A stretch of DNA of 64,000 nt from Neoechinorhynchus agilis (GCA_051530055.1 CM121341.1:620001-684000), one strand, 5' to 3'. Counted from the stretch's first letter, positions 23,887-36,895 are shown. The notes: generated by a model from the sequence alone, not told the origin. A program made the numbers and translations.

Positions 23887-25796
23887 TCATTCATCTTTCT
23901 CAATAAACTCATGCCATTTCTTTATCCTAACAACATCATCGCTCACTTCATCCCTTTCCTGGTCGAACTTTGTCTTTCCATCCCAAAGGGAACATTTTAT
24001 TAGCCGCCCATTCCAGACACGATTGTTAATATTGTTAACACACCGATCAGCAGATTCTGAATCTGACAAGGCAACCGTCATCAACGCATCTCTATGTTCC
24101 GGGTACGTCCGTATATCATCAACTGGCTCGTACATCTCGACCATGGATTTCACTTGATCCCTTAACCCAAAGATCAACATCCGCCCTTCGGTTGTTTGTG
24201 CTATACTAGGCTCATAAAGGTTTCGGAGCACAATAATCCTCTCATGCTTAGGCCTTCGGTGATCGTCATCCCAAGCTAACAATTTTTCTGCCGCTTTTTC
24301 ACTCTTAAGTTTATCTTTTTTCGAACGATTTTTCCACTGTTTCTTTAAACCGGGATCAAAACTACCTTTCATTTCAAATTTAGCTCTCTGTGCATTCAAC
24401 TCTCTTCCGTCTGCCAACCGCATTCCATCTAACAATTTTAAACACAAATCTACAGATTCAACTCGCATATACGTGCACAGTCCATCACCTTTAGGGTTTC
24501 CATCCTTATCACGGTACAGCTTTAATTTTGCTTTATTTGTCCGAGGATCGCTAGCAATCAGACCATAACGGACCATTAGCTCTCTGAACTCGTCCTCGGT
24601 TACTTTTTGGCCAAGTCCACTAACATAAACGTTACAGTTCTTCTCGTCCGGCATTTCAAACCATTCTAAATGCCTAATGCAATAAGAATATACGATGCAG
24701 CAGAAAAAACTGATTTTACTAAACGAAAGGTCTCGAATAAGTCGCCGGTTTCTATTTAAATTATTACTTTCATGAAAGTAATCGTAACATATCTCTAAAT
24801 AGAATGAAGATTGAATTATTCTGATGTTTGTTCATGGCGGAAAATTGAAGGAGTTTTATTAAATTGCCAAAATATTGGAATTATTAAAACTCCATCAATT
24901 TTTCCGCCGGAATTAATCGAATCGGGTAAACCGTCCGAATATTAAGCTCACTTGTGTTCTTTTTATCTAAAAATGTACCAAAAAAATGTTTATAATTTTG
25001 AATACTACAAGGCATTTCATAGCTTTGGGCATAAAAAATTATTTATTCCCATAGAGGAGTTCGAAAGTGAACTCGATCGATTTTTGAATTTAAATCCATA
25101 AATACGGTGGCAAATTTTTGCGAAAATGGGTTATTGTGGTCTAAAGATGATTCCGCACTACTTACCGGGTTCTTTAGCTTCTCTTTTTCTCGCTTTCTCC
25201 TTCCATTGTCCATTGGTTAGAACATAGGAAATACCACTTAGATGGTCAGTGTATTCTTTAACCAATTGAGATGGTACAAAAGATCTTTTATCGCTTATCC
25301 AAATATACGATTGCCCTGTTCTATCGTCCACAAAACTGCTAACCGATGGAATCCATTGGTTATGAGTCCATTTGTATTCTATTCCAGTGGCTACGTCGAT
25401 GTATGTTTCTAAGATTCGATTATCCACATTTCCATAGTCTCTCACTGGAATCCATTGATTGCTTTTGACGTCATGTTTCAATGAAATTCCACGTGATTTA
25501 TCTTCGTAAACATAGCATCCGAGATCCGAATCAAACCTGATTTTGGTTTGTTCAGACTCAAAGCCGTAGTTCATGTGGTGTTCAAACAGATATTCTTCCG
25601 ATATCTTAGGAAAGTATCCTTTGGCATGTTCGTCCCATTCGTACTCTGTACCATCCGCATCTCGTTTTACACTCGGAATATCCTTCTTGCTTAATTCCTC
25701 TTCTTCCTCGGGCCGAAAATGAGTAGACAGCTGCCGCCTGAACCGCTTCTCATTCGAAGAACTATGAGTCAAATCATCCACGGGTGAATCCGGCAT
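23887..25796 (-). CDS. HTATSF1: HIV Tat-specific factor 1 / Cus2 homologue (RRM + UHM), two coding exons
   Basis: DADGTEYEWD...YFPKISEEYL..H.NYGF; GT-AG intron 25165-24666 joins EP/E-WFEMPDEKNCNVYVSGL; KLKLYRDKDGNPKGDGLCTY; C-terminal UHM ending LWDGKTKF. Confidence 0.93.
24805..24912. mobile_element. Internally deleted hairpin MITE copy in the HTATSF1 intron
   Basis: ggcggaaaattgaaggagttttatt...aaaactccatcaatttttccgcc inverted termini; the left flank is the reverse complement of the conserved caaacat..ttcaatcttc motif. Confidence 0.75.
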
Positions 25797-26317
25797 CTTT
25801 TTCTCTCATTCCTAGCAAATTTAGTCGCGAACTACCTTCGCTTTAGAATGTTTCTTTCGAGCTTGGACCAACTTATAAATTTCCTTAGACAATTAAAAAT
25901 GATCATAGCTTGTTCATTTTGATCGCTTTCTCGGCCGCCGAAAAACCATTTTTTATCCAACATTGGCTGCTAATATGCGTTGGCCTCTGTCGCTCATTGT
26001 TTAATTAAAATTCAGTCTTTACAAAACAATTATCAATGTCCACAAAACAAATTATATCCACATTCCGTTTGTGAACGTGTCGAATTGTCCATTTGAGCCA
26101 CTTTACGCTAAAATTATTCATCTTTCCATATCCCCTTAATAAAACCAGTTCTTAATTATCGGAAAATCCTTAGGGTTTTAGTGAACATTTTCCCTTGCAT
26201 GACATATTTAAAATATTTCGAACCAATTAAAGTATAAAAACAGTTTTTATTAAATAATCTCTGTTTAAAGATTGAACTGTTCATATTGTTTATTTTTTGT
26301 TCAAGATACTAAAATCA

Positions 26318-26423
26318 TTTTAAATTCGATTGGTTTCGGACGTACAATGAGTTCGTGTCACACAATAAAAAAAACTTACCGCGTACAATCTTGTGTGTTT
26401 CCGAAACCAATTGGATTTTAAAA
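26318..26423. repeat. Inverted repeat, related to 30689-30858
   Basis: ttttaaattcgattggtttcgga ... tccgaaaccaattggattttaaaa. Confidence 0.7.
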
Positions 26424-26706
26424 TAAAAAAAAGTAATCTTTGCCATTATTGTGTTTGACAACAAAGAATGTTTTCTTGAAATTGTTTACCTTTGATTTTC
26501 CACCTTAGTATACAACAAAGCATAAATAGTACGAATCGTGTAAGCTCACCAATTTACCTATTAGAAATCAATGTTTATACGCTCTCTTAGCATACAAAAC
26601 TAACTTTGGTTATCGATTTGCTCTTATAACACTTTTTAGACTCATTTGAGTATATCGAAACTACATTTAGGATCACATTCGAGTGCGGTAGGATAAGTTG
26701 CTATTT

Positions 26707-26831
26707 ATGAATATTTCGATTGGTTCAATCAGAGTCATTTTATCAATTCAATTGTTTCATTCTCATTTGAATGTACACTTTTACAACTGAATTGGTAAAA
26801 TGACTCTGATTCAACCAATCGAAATATTCAT
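26707..26831. repeat. Inverted repeat with ~49-bp arms (MITE-like)
   Basis: atgaatatttcgattggttcaatcagagtcattttatcaattca pairs with tgaattggtaaaatgactctgattcaaccaatcgaaatattcat. Confidence 0.85.
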
Positions 26832-27162
26832 GCTTCTTTAATGATCCCTTTCAGGTGTCCACAAGCGGCCAAAATAACAACTTATTGATACTGTTCATCT
26901 ACTCGTTATCAAAGCTTGCATTTATCTTTACATTCAATGTTTCGCCTTAAAATTTTTTTAAAGCAACTTCGGTCCCCATCCAAGTACTTAATAGTTTTGC
27001 ACTAAGAGAACGGCGAGAATTAAATGTATCAAATAAGGTACTTTTTGTGGGTCCTCGCACATGGCGAAATATCACTAAAGTCTATTATTTTTCTACTCTT
27101 TTATCGGCACTTTACGCTAATGGCGCAATTAAAATCACACAATATTCATTCTATATAAAAGC

Positions 27163-28488
27163 ATGATTTTTCATCTAACGATAGCTTCGATTTTCCTGAC
27201 GGCGTTATCGATGGAAAGTCAACCAGAACCGTCAAATTTCAGTCAACCGATCCAAATCCGCATATACGATGGATTCGCCGAGATCCGCCGACCAGTTACG
27301 ATAGTCGATGGGCACGTAAGTGTGGTGTTTCATCGAGATGATTTCGACCGAATTGTACGAGACAGCATTGATCTTGAAACCGATGCGGAAAAACGCGTTT
27401 CACTCCGCTTGACTGAACATCGGAACAGTTTTGAAGGTCACGATGTGTTCGTAAGGAATGAGCGAACTGGAGAAAGTCGTCGCTCAGTGCTAATAGATGA
27501 CGAAGATTCGTTGGTCCAGGATGCAGAAACCAAGAGATTTCTGTACGTCAGACCTAGCATGCTGGAGTATCATTCAAAGCCAATGAAGAACATTGTGAAG
27601 GCAGTGTTTACAGTAGCTAATCCGTCCACTGATATTGCCGTACTTACTTACACGGACCGAAGTATCCGATGGTCTCCTCAATATCGTCTTAATGTAGACG
27701 AATCATCAGGAGAAGCAACGATTAAGTGCTTCGCGGTGATTTGGAATCCTGGCAAACACGAATACTCCGTAGAATCAGCCGAATTGTTCGGCGGTGATGT
27801 TTCCGGTCCAGAACCCATGCCGCTTGCCAGTAGAAGTAGTTATGGAACTGGTGCTTTACTCTCACTGGACGTAGCAGACGGGGCTCCTAATATTGATTTA
27901 GAAGGCAATCAACAAATCGGATCTCTATTTCAATACAACATTCGAAAACCTTTTAAGCTGGACGCTCGAAGTGATCTACATGAAGAATTCATTAGACCCA
28001 GCGTTTCGATAAAAGCGTTCTCGTCGATTGACTGCTTGAATGAGAAACGAGAACAGATAAAGTTTGATCGATATTATGAATTGACAAGTAGTGAGTTTTT
28101 GCCGGCTGGCAAAATAACGATCCGAAATCAGGGTCGCTTAGTCTCAAATTCTAGAATAGATCATCTTCCTGCTGGTAAAGCTCGCAAAATCAGAATGGGG
28201 CAAGATACAAGTGGATACGCAGTGAGGAACGAAACCAAACACGAGGACCATGGAGTGGTTCATGAGACTTTTGTTGAGTTGGTTATTAAAAATTCACGGG
28301 ATATCCCTTGGCAATATCGGTATCAAGAGTTTTCAAACAGATTCGATCACGATTATACGTATTCACCTCTTGGAAGCGACAACGGAATGGTATTCAAAGG
28401 GAATTCTTTGAACATTGTCAAAATCGTTGGACCTCGCGAACAAGCCGTGTTTACTTATAAAATTACGGCTGTTAAGAAGAAGAACTGA
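27163..28488 (+). CDS. Secreted DUF4139-family protein, intronless, 441 aa
   Basis: Hydrophobic N-terminus; IRIYDGFAEIRR; LTYTDRSIRWSPQYRLNV; AVIWNPG...LFGGDV; LFQYNIRKPFKL; FLPAGKITI...GRLV...IDHLPAG...IRMGQD follow the DUF4139 pattern. Confidence 0.82.
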   Translation: MIFHLTIASIFLTALSMESQPEPSNFSQPIQIRIYDGFAEIRRPVTIVDGHVSVVFHRDDFDRIVRDSIDLETDAEKRVSLRLTEHRNSFEGHDVFVRNERTGESRRSVLIDDEDSLVQDAETKRFLYVRPSMLEYHSKPMKNIVKAVFTVANPSTDIAVLTYTDRSIRWSPQYRLNVDESSGEATIKCFAVIWNPGKHEYSVESAELFGGDVSGPEPMPLASRSSYGTGALLSLDVADGAPNIDLEGNQQIGSLFQYNIRKPFKLDARSDLHEEFIRPSVSIKAFSSIDCLNEKREQIKFDRYYELTSSEFLPAGKITIRNQGRLVSNSRIDHLPAGKARKIRMGQDTSGYAVRNETKHEDHGVVHETFVELVIKNSRDIPWQYRYQEFSNRFDHDYTYSPLGSDNGMVFKGNSLNIVKIVGPREQAVFTYKITAVKKKN

Positions 28489-28676
28489 TTGATTCTTATT
28501 TACACTAAATTCATCGTAGTTTAAAATAGTCACTTGAGTAGGTGTGCTCATGTAAAAAAGGACGCGGTAGATCGATCGAGTCGCAAAAACGCAAAAATAC
28601 CAATTAATTTAGGTTGTATAATATTTCAACGCAATTCCGCTTAATTTAGGACTTCTTTTTTAAATTCATATCGAAT

Positions 28677-31600
28677 ATGCGTAAACAAGTGGCAAATTTC
28701 TACAAAACGTGAGCCATACCCTCCGTAGTGTGGAGGTGCAAAGACCGCAAATCAATAAGTAGTTTTAAATATGGTTCCTATCCTAAAATTAATAGAAATG
28801 AGAGCAGTCTTTTCGCCTGCACTTGTCAATCGATGCAAAATACTGTTCTTATTTAAAAAACAACAGTCAACATCCCAACTGGATTTCATCTGTGAGGCAC
28901 CTCTCACTGCAGATATTGTAGGCACGATGCGGAAAGCCTTTGAATATACCAACTTTTGTGCTCTTATTATGGGCACTTTTCCAAAGCATATAATTATTTG
29001 TTTCAGTTGACTTTCTATAGACCAATGTAGTAATTTGTTGTGTAGATATTCATTTAGAAATTAATTTAGATGGTTTTATAAATTCTTAATTTCCTTTATT
29101 TCACCATCCAAATTAAGTAGTAATTTGTGTTCCATGTTTTGAATCAACACATCTAGAAACGGCAACCTTCCATTTTCATCTGACTTATTCATAGTGAATT
29201 TTATTTGATGATGTTGCCGATAGAGATGTTCCTTGAACTCCTTAGCACTCTGTTCATCACCGAGCTAAATAATGAATGTCAAATATCCCCCTACACGAGG
29301 TGCAAACTGGCCAGTGGTCAATTAAAACCAAACAATGGTTTTAGCAAGTGAACGCAATAACTTTCGATCCTTAATCAAGAAAGCCTTCCTAATCAAAGAA
29401 CAAAAACCGGGCATGAATAACCAACGAGGTTACAAACTCTGGCTTCATGGCTAAAAAATGGACTTAGCCACTTGTATTTTAGAACTGATGATGAACCCGA
29501 CGAGGTTCGAAACGTTTTTAATAAAAATTTATTGACCAGGTGAAGACCTAAATAGTAATCCTAAGCATATACCCCGGTAACTCACATATCGACATTTTCT
29601 CATTCGTTGACCAAATCTTTAGCGCTTTATCCTGTACATGAGATCACTTGATTCGCATAAATCAAAATGCAATTATTCCACAAATTGTCGATTGGAAGCA
29701 AGTATTTGGCATGCGTCCGAGTCACAAAGCGCTTACATTTATCAAAAGTAGAAAAGTTCTTATGAGTAACCTAAAAAATAGTCATGCGTAAATGAGTCAT
29801 TGTTAGCAAGAGAACTCGTGTGCATTGAAGAAAAATAAATTTCGGAGATTGTGTGGACGAAATATCGATTTCTGTGTGAATACTAGAAAATGTATGCTTC
29901 GCATTCAATAATCAATTAGTAACCTTCATCTTAAAAATGCTTGTTTGATGCGGAAATTTTAAAGGAATTTATTGATTCCGATATTTCGGCACGGTTTGAT
30001 AAAGGCACGAGATTGTGGCTCCAAAATATCTGATTTAGTAAATTCCTTTAAAATTTCCGCATTAAACAAGCATCAATAGTTCAATATTCAAACACACTTT
30101 GAAAATATATACAATTAAAGGGAAGAAAATCGATTGTCCGATGTTGAACAGGAGATATTCGAATCAATTGATTCAATTTACTTTGATCAAACGTCGGATT
30201 GTGCAAAAGTGGAGATCGAGGTTAGTGTTTTTGGGTTATTTTCATTGCTAACTACAGAAGTAGAAACACTTTTCGGTTGCTGTTAACGATACACTTGAAC
30301 GCATTCGTCCATCGCGTAGGAAACTGACAAGGCAGCTCTATGTGGTACGTTATTTAGGTTCAATGTGGCCACGAGCAACGATTGATTATATGCCAAGGTT
30401 TCAAAATGTATTAGCCATTCGATCATTTCGAACCATTTGAAATATGAACACCAAGTGGCCGATATATGCGATCTTGGCGAAGGGATTCAAAGTGTATTGG
30501 AAATGAGCAGAGATGTTGAAGGGTAAGATTGTGCTGACTGAAATGTCTGTAAATGCATACCAATTCATATTAATGAACACGAACCAAATCCGTTATGCCG
30601 CACACGAAAAAGTAAACAATTATTTGTTCGAAATCGCAATACTTACTTTATGGTCTATTACTCGGTTGTTCTGTGGCGTAGAAAAATTAAAATGATTTTA
30701 TTTCTAAAAATCCGATTGTTTTCGGAGGCACAATATTGTATGCGTTTATCACAAGGTTGTTAGTTATCGTAAGCTTCTATTACTAACAACCCTGTGATAA
30801 ACGCGTGCAATCTTGTCTGCTTCCGAGACCAATCGATTTTTAAAAATAAAATCATTTTAATTTTTCTACGCCATAAAACAACCAATACGAACAATTTAAT
30901 CTTCAAACAAGGTCTATTACTTACAAATTTCGGCATAAATAATAAGCGAAATGAAGAATCCCTAATAATGTATCTCATATTCGTGGTAATCTCGATTTAT
31001 TTAGTGAAATAAGACGAGCAATAGAAACCGAGATATTGCCTTATGTCAACATAATACGCTTTGTTGTGCGAAACAGAAATCTCAAAGAACTGAGAAAACA
31101 AGTGAAAAAGTTAAGAACGATTGATCAATTATTAAGGCAGGCGATTTTGAATGCTAAAGTATAAACTATGTGAAGCGCTGATCGTTTTACCTTATTTTGT
31201 GATTTTTCAGTCCGGTAAATACACAATCTCCTGCAATTTTTTTTACCAATCATCGATGCGCATTAAAAACGATTCGTCGATCAAAAATGTACAAAGGTTC
31301 GAAAGGTGGCGTCAATGGATTAAGTTTCTTTAATATCTAGTATCGAAGCAAAATTCGATGAAACCAAGGAGCATCTACGGCAAATCGGAATAATGGCAAT
31401 GGATAAACTAATTGTTACGCCTATAAATGAATTGAATTACGAAGAATATTTTAATTTTGTTGTCTATTTCAATGGAACTCAATGGGCTGAAAAATACGCC
31501 GAATTATTGATTGCTCAGTTTGAACGAATTTTAGTTTATACCGAATCAAGCAAAATCGTTTGTTCATTTTCTGAATTGCTTGATTAGTTACACGAGATCG

Positions 31601-34307
31601 TCTAGTGGACACAATACACCGATGAATCGGGTTTGGCGGACGGAATGTTGGACATTTACACGCATTTTTATTTTTTTCAAGAAATCATAAAAAAATATGG
31701 ACACATCCTAAACTTCCATGTAGAACACAAAAGATCAAATATCGACTCCTGTATCTGTGAAAAATTATACGACAATCGCGATCAGTTATGGAAATTACTA
31801 ATGGAAAGAATATCGGAGCAATCTTCATTCGATTTTACTTATGATCTCCTTCTATTTTTTGATTACTACTTAAAAGAGTAAGTCAGCTAAAAAATATTTT
31901 TTTAACCCGCTTAATTTCTCTAAGGTTAAAATTAATGTGTGAGAAAATTTTGGGTACAAATTTTCTAATTTCGGATGCGATAATGAAGGTTGTTGAGAAT
32001 GGTGCAATGGGTGTAATTCGCCAATTTCAACTGTATTGTTCTTCTGCTAGAAGTGGATTTGTACTCATTTTTATTTTAGACAGTCGATTGATGAACACCT
32101 TGAGTTTATAAAAAATGAAACTTGGTTTGTTTGCCCTTTTACTCAAGATTGTTCCATGCACAAATTGCTGGTATTTTTTCTCCATCTAAGCAGCCGTATT
32201 CAGTGAAAATCTCAAGGAATCCCAAAATGCAACGAATTTGTGTCTTAGTAAATACTTCAAAAAATCCGATATAGACGATTTCGTAAGTTTGATTTTTTTG
32301 AAAAAGGTTTACATTTTTAGAAAGCTGATGGAAGCACTAAACAATACCATTCAAGGTACGTGTCAAGATCAAGATCTGTTTTAATGATTTTTGAATTTTA
32401 AACTATACGGTCTACTTTTTACTACTGTACTTTTTTAATATATTGGCTCTGATCATGACGAAATTATGCATTCACCAATAGACTATTAGAATGTGGCACA
32501 ATCATGTTTTAGATCGTTAGAAATTTTGATTCGTAATACCTAAGCTTAGAGTGCGTCTTTAAACAAAATGATTTAGTGATTTGTCCAATGATGCCAACGT
32601 AATATTTACAAATACTTGTCTCAATATGTCTAGATCGATTGGCAAGTGTAAAAACGTTTAATATTAAATTTCTAGTTCGATCGCTTTTAGCGAAATGTTT
32701 GTCATTTATTTCGAGTCTTTCAATAAACAAAGCCGATGTCATTAGTGCGATCATTGAGTCTATGGAAAGAAAGATTAGTCTTTATATTCAATGTGTCCTA
32801 ACAACTTTTGTGGTTTGATTCAGTCAGCATTAGTAGAATAATTTATTTTCAGTATTCTCAAGGACAAGGATTGCCCTGCGGAAGTATACAATGAGGAATT
32901 GAAACAATATATCAGTACTTTAGCAATATTGAACTTTGAAAATGATCACGCTTTAATTACTGATGATGTAAATACATTCTTTGCTTTGCAGCCACGATTT
33001 GCAGCAACTGAAGGACTGTAAGTAGTGTGTCTAACAATGAGTATTATGCTTAAATTCAAAATAGGGTGCAATTTATTACGGACATTGCGAAGAATTCTTC
33101 ATTATTCAGGCCATTGGAGAATCACTTTTCCATAAGATTGAAAAAGGTACTAAAGAATAAAGAAAATATTGTCGTGAATTTTCTTAGTCATTCAAAATAG
33201 ACCATGTACAATTTTTTAAGAAACAAACCATTTAATAGCAAGGTTCTATTATCAAGTGTAGCGATAGGGCTTCTTTTAATAATATTACGTTCGTCGAAAC
33301 TGTCCGAGGTCGACCTTAGGTCTCATGCTTAGCCAATCATATCAATTTATTAAGGCACTTCGTCGAAGACAAGCTAAAGCAATCGTTAAACACCACAATA
33401 ATGTTCCACACTGTGATATAATATATTTCTTAACAGGCTTTCGTAAGACTTATAAAATCAGTGTTTTTATGAGAAGACTTTTTATGAATCGAATCCGAGA
33501 TTTGTAAACTTACTCTTTTACAGCTTTAAATTGCATTTGTTTATCACATCTTTTTTTCTCAGGTTCTCCGTTGTGGTGAAAGCCTTCGTGACCCGGTGTT
33601 TCATTCGGCAGTTATAAAACTGGTAAACTGTAATTCCATTCGAAAAGCAATATGCAAAAGAAATTGGTCAATGGATGATTGTCCATCATATCCTAGTCAC
33701 TTCTTCGATGAGATCTTTAACGGTCTCAGAAAGGTCAACGAATTCATTCAAAGCGTAGAGAAGGTTGCCATTGTGCCTGAGATGGCGAAACAAACATTTT
33801 GGTTTCATATGGTTACAGTTCTAAACGAAAGCATACTCAAAGGGTTTGTCAAAATAAATTGAATTAAAACGATTGAAAAACTTAGGTTCTCAGAAATAAA
33901 GAAATGCACAAATGAAGGACGAAAACTTATGAGAATGGACTTTGATAATTTGATGTTTAAAATCACCGAAATAGTTCCTTTTCAAAGGTAATTTAGAAAA
34001 CGAGATGAACTTTTGTAAGAAAAACGAATCTACAAAGTGAGAAGTTACCGATGAAGAAATTAATCGAGGACTATGTTGACGCATTTTATTTATCAGAATC
34101 CGAGATTCGTGACTGGATAATAAAGCACAAGGTAATAGAACGACCTAGTCCAAAAATCATCTTACGAATATCGTTCAGAAAAATTATTATGAAGCTCATC
34201 TGGTTAATTTGATCAAACTAATACCACATATTTCAAAGAAATCGAAACAATCAATTTTCGAAAGTTTCGTCACTCGAGAATTATCTCTTACTCAGTTGAC
34301 AAATTAA
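28677..34307 (+). CDS. VPS50: Syndetin / VPS50 (EARP complex), multi-exon
   Basis: EQEIFESIDSIYFD...; C-terminal W.MDD..S.PS.FFDEIF...IVPEMAKQTFWFH...KGFSEIKKCTNEGRKLMRMDF...IEDYVDAFYLSESEIRDWIIKH; stop at 34305-34307. Exon 1 (28677-28708) is inferred from phase compatibility with the acceptor at 30120. Confidence 0.88.
29230..29525 (+). mobile_element. Penelope-like 3' fragment (GIY-YIG C-terminus) in VPS50 intron 1
   Basis: VLASERNNFRSLIKKAFLIKEQKPGMNNQRG* followed by a hammerhead core and AATAAA. Confidence 0.75.
29478..29521 (+). ncRNA. Minimal hammerhead ribozyme motif
   Basis: TTTAGAA-CTGATGA-T-GAACC cgacga GGTTC-GAAA-CG-TTTTTAA. Confidence 0.7.
29937..30095. mobile_element. Hairpin MITE copy with both inverted termini
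   Basis: atgcttgtttgatgcggaaattttaaaggaattt...aaattcctttaaaatttccgcattaaacaagcat. Confidence 0.85.
30689..30858. repeat. 170-bp foldback element in a VPS50 intron
   Basis: Arms of about 75 bp (aaaatgattttatt...acaaggttgttagt / actaacaaccctgt...aataaaatcatttt). Confidence 0.85.
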
Positions 34308-35314
34308 GTGCACAACTTCATTGCTCTAAAGACAAATTTGACAGAATTGTGAGCATTATGTATCATTTTACGAATAATGAACGAAGTTTTTTGTACTCGT
34401 GTTTATAAATAATTTTTAAGTGCGACTGAGCTTTGGAACAAATATTCCTGACACAGAACTGAGCACAAAAAACATACAAATTGAGAGTTCGATTTCCGCG
34501 TTCATCATTGAATACAAACCGGTCGAAAATTTGTTCACTAAAAAGTATACATTCGTGTTTTTGCTCAATGTTTTATGAGTTTATTAATTCGTCTATTTAG
34601 AATCAAACCCCTATTCCGTGAGTAATGATAGCACATTCGTTGTTGAGCGAAATTCGTAATTACAAAGAAATTAAATCTGTGAAGATATGCAAATTGTGGT
34701 GCGCCGTCGGCTATCGAAACGGTTGAGCTCTTAAGTATTTATATAGGTTAGCGCTTCGAATTTTTCTCTGTTATTTCTCGCCAAGCGAGTAGAATAGCAG
34801 TGATTTCTCTGGATTCTTTTATTTCCTAAAAATTTGTAGTACCTTTATAATTTTTATATGAAAGGAAAATTTTTTTGTCATTTTAAACAGATTCTTTTGA
34901 TTGAAATGCATATCACGGAGGTGTCGTTAGTCCAGGCATTTTCCTTAGATTTTCATCAAAATAATGGTATGCTAATGGTCGGCAAAGAAATAAACCTTTA
35001 TATATAACGAAACGGTCACCAAGCCGATTAAAATGAAACATACAAATGGCCAGTCAAAAAACACGAGTAGTTTTCATCAAAACTGAGTGCTTCTACTAAA
35101 ATGGTTCGCCATGTACCGCGAATGGTTTGTTAATCAAATCAGCTTGGACGTTATCAAAGGTGGAGAGCACGAGCTACAAATTGAGTTAGCTCCATTAACA
35201 GTCAAATTTGTTTTCAATATATTTCCAATTTATTTATGTTCGTTTACATCCCAATAGTTAGAAAAAAAACGCATTTTGAAAATTAGCAGTTTTAGCCCGA
35301 TAATCTAAATGGAG

Positions 35315-36052
35315 ATAATAATAACAACACGTTTTATTTGTTGATTCACAAAGAAGAGTACCCGGGTCACCATAAACACACGAGTTCTGACTGGATAAGA
35401 ATTTGGCTATTGATTTTGGAGTGGATTACGAGTCCGGGCGGGAGGTAATGTCCGGTCGGGTTAGAAGGTAAGTTCTGGTGGAGATTGGTGGTTATTGTTT
35501 TCAGGAGCACTTGTAAGTTTGGTCTTTTCTCAGGTTCATTTCAGGTTATGATATCCGAGAAGATTGGGCAGTGTGGAAAAAGGAGCGTAGGTATAGGAGG
35601 ATGAAACGAATTAGGATTAAGAGACTTGTCCTTGTGTGAAAAGGTGGCGATATGTAGTAACAATTATGGAGGTGAGGTTGAGAGGCGTTTTGGTTGTTTT
35701 ATGAAAATAGTATCAAGGCACTCGGTCAGAAGTGGAAGGTCAGCAGTGCAAATTTTAGATGCTCTTTTATGAAGAATTTCAAGATTTGGAATGGTTGCAA
35801 AATACGAGATAACCGTAGGTGAGGAATGGTAAGCTAAAGCAGAAGTAAAATTCGTAGAGATCGGGTGAAGAAATTCCTAAATGTCGGAGACGTTTGAGGA
35901 GATAAATTTTAGCTTGAGGGAGAGAGTGATGTACGAGTCTCATTTCAAGCTTGATTGAAATTGGAGACCCAGAATTCTGAGGGAGGTGACTCGTAGGATG
36001 TCATTTGGAAGCTTGGAGGAAGATGTAGGGTTGCCGGAGAATGAGGGATCAT
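35315..36052 (-). mobile_element. CR1/L2-group LINE copy C (5'-truncated 3' end)
   Basis: Colinear with the 3' ends of copies A, B and D; ATAATAATAACAACACGTTTTATT terminus. Confidence 0.9.
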
Positions 36053-36895
36053 GACACATATCTTTCTAGATCTGATATCAATATTGAAAGTACTCCAAAT
36101 GCAGTCCGACATCGCATATATCATGTTTCAGAACGTCTTGCCGTGTAACAGGAAAGAACGAGCACGCAATAATATAGTGCATCCGACTGTGCTGTTACGA
36201 CGAATTAAGGGTGCATAGAAGGACTGCCCTCATTAGCGAGCTGAAGGGGAAAACCCCGGTTAAATGTTCCGATAAGATATTAGGTGACCCACTTGTCTCC
36301 AAAATTTCAGGATCAAAGAAGCCATCGGCATTGAGAATATCAACCGTTTTTCGATGCGCCATGTACCGAAATTTGTTGAGAATCGGTAGGCCGTGATCCG
36401 CAGATATAGCTCGATATCAGCGATGAAGATAATCCATTCGGTTGGAGATTATCTACACGGCAGCATCTTTTATGCGATCAAAAACCACCTTTTATCACTA
36501 CGACCGAAAACGGGGACCTCTGAATGGAAGCATACGGCAACGCATGCGCGTGATCAGTTTATGTCTCCTTTCACTAATGATTGAAACTTGTGAAGATCTT
36601 TTTGTCTTGATCGCGAATAAAGCTGCTAGGTACTTAAAAAACCGGATCCCGAACTGGAGTTGTCCTTTGATAGCCCTTGATGACTTTAAAGCGCACATGA
36701 ATATTCTAAAATAGTACATAATCAGCGACTCGAGATTTCGAATAAAGGGCTTCTCTGCTAAAAGTTAATAAAAAAAAAGATTGCTTCCTCATAAACGTTC
36801 AAGTTTCATTAGTATTATTATGGAGCAAACAACAAAAGTGTGTAAGTATCGTTTAATGTGTGCAATATGCAATGGTAAACATAAATTGTTCTTTT

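Noticed and set aside
34400-35300. Possible small exons downstream of VPS50
   Set aside because: No consistent frame or homology found.
36053-36750. Possible gene or pseudogene between LINE copy C and TCF25
   Set aside because: Several partly open frames on both strands, but none spliced into a recognisable protein.
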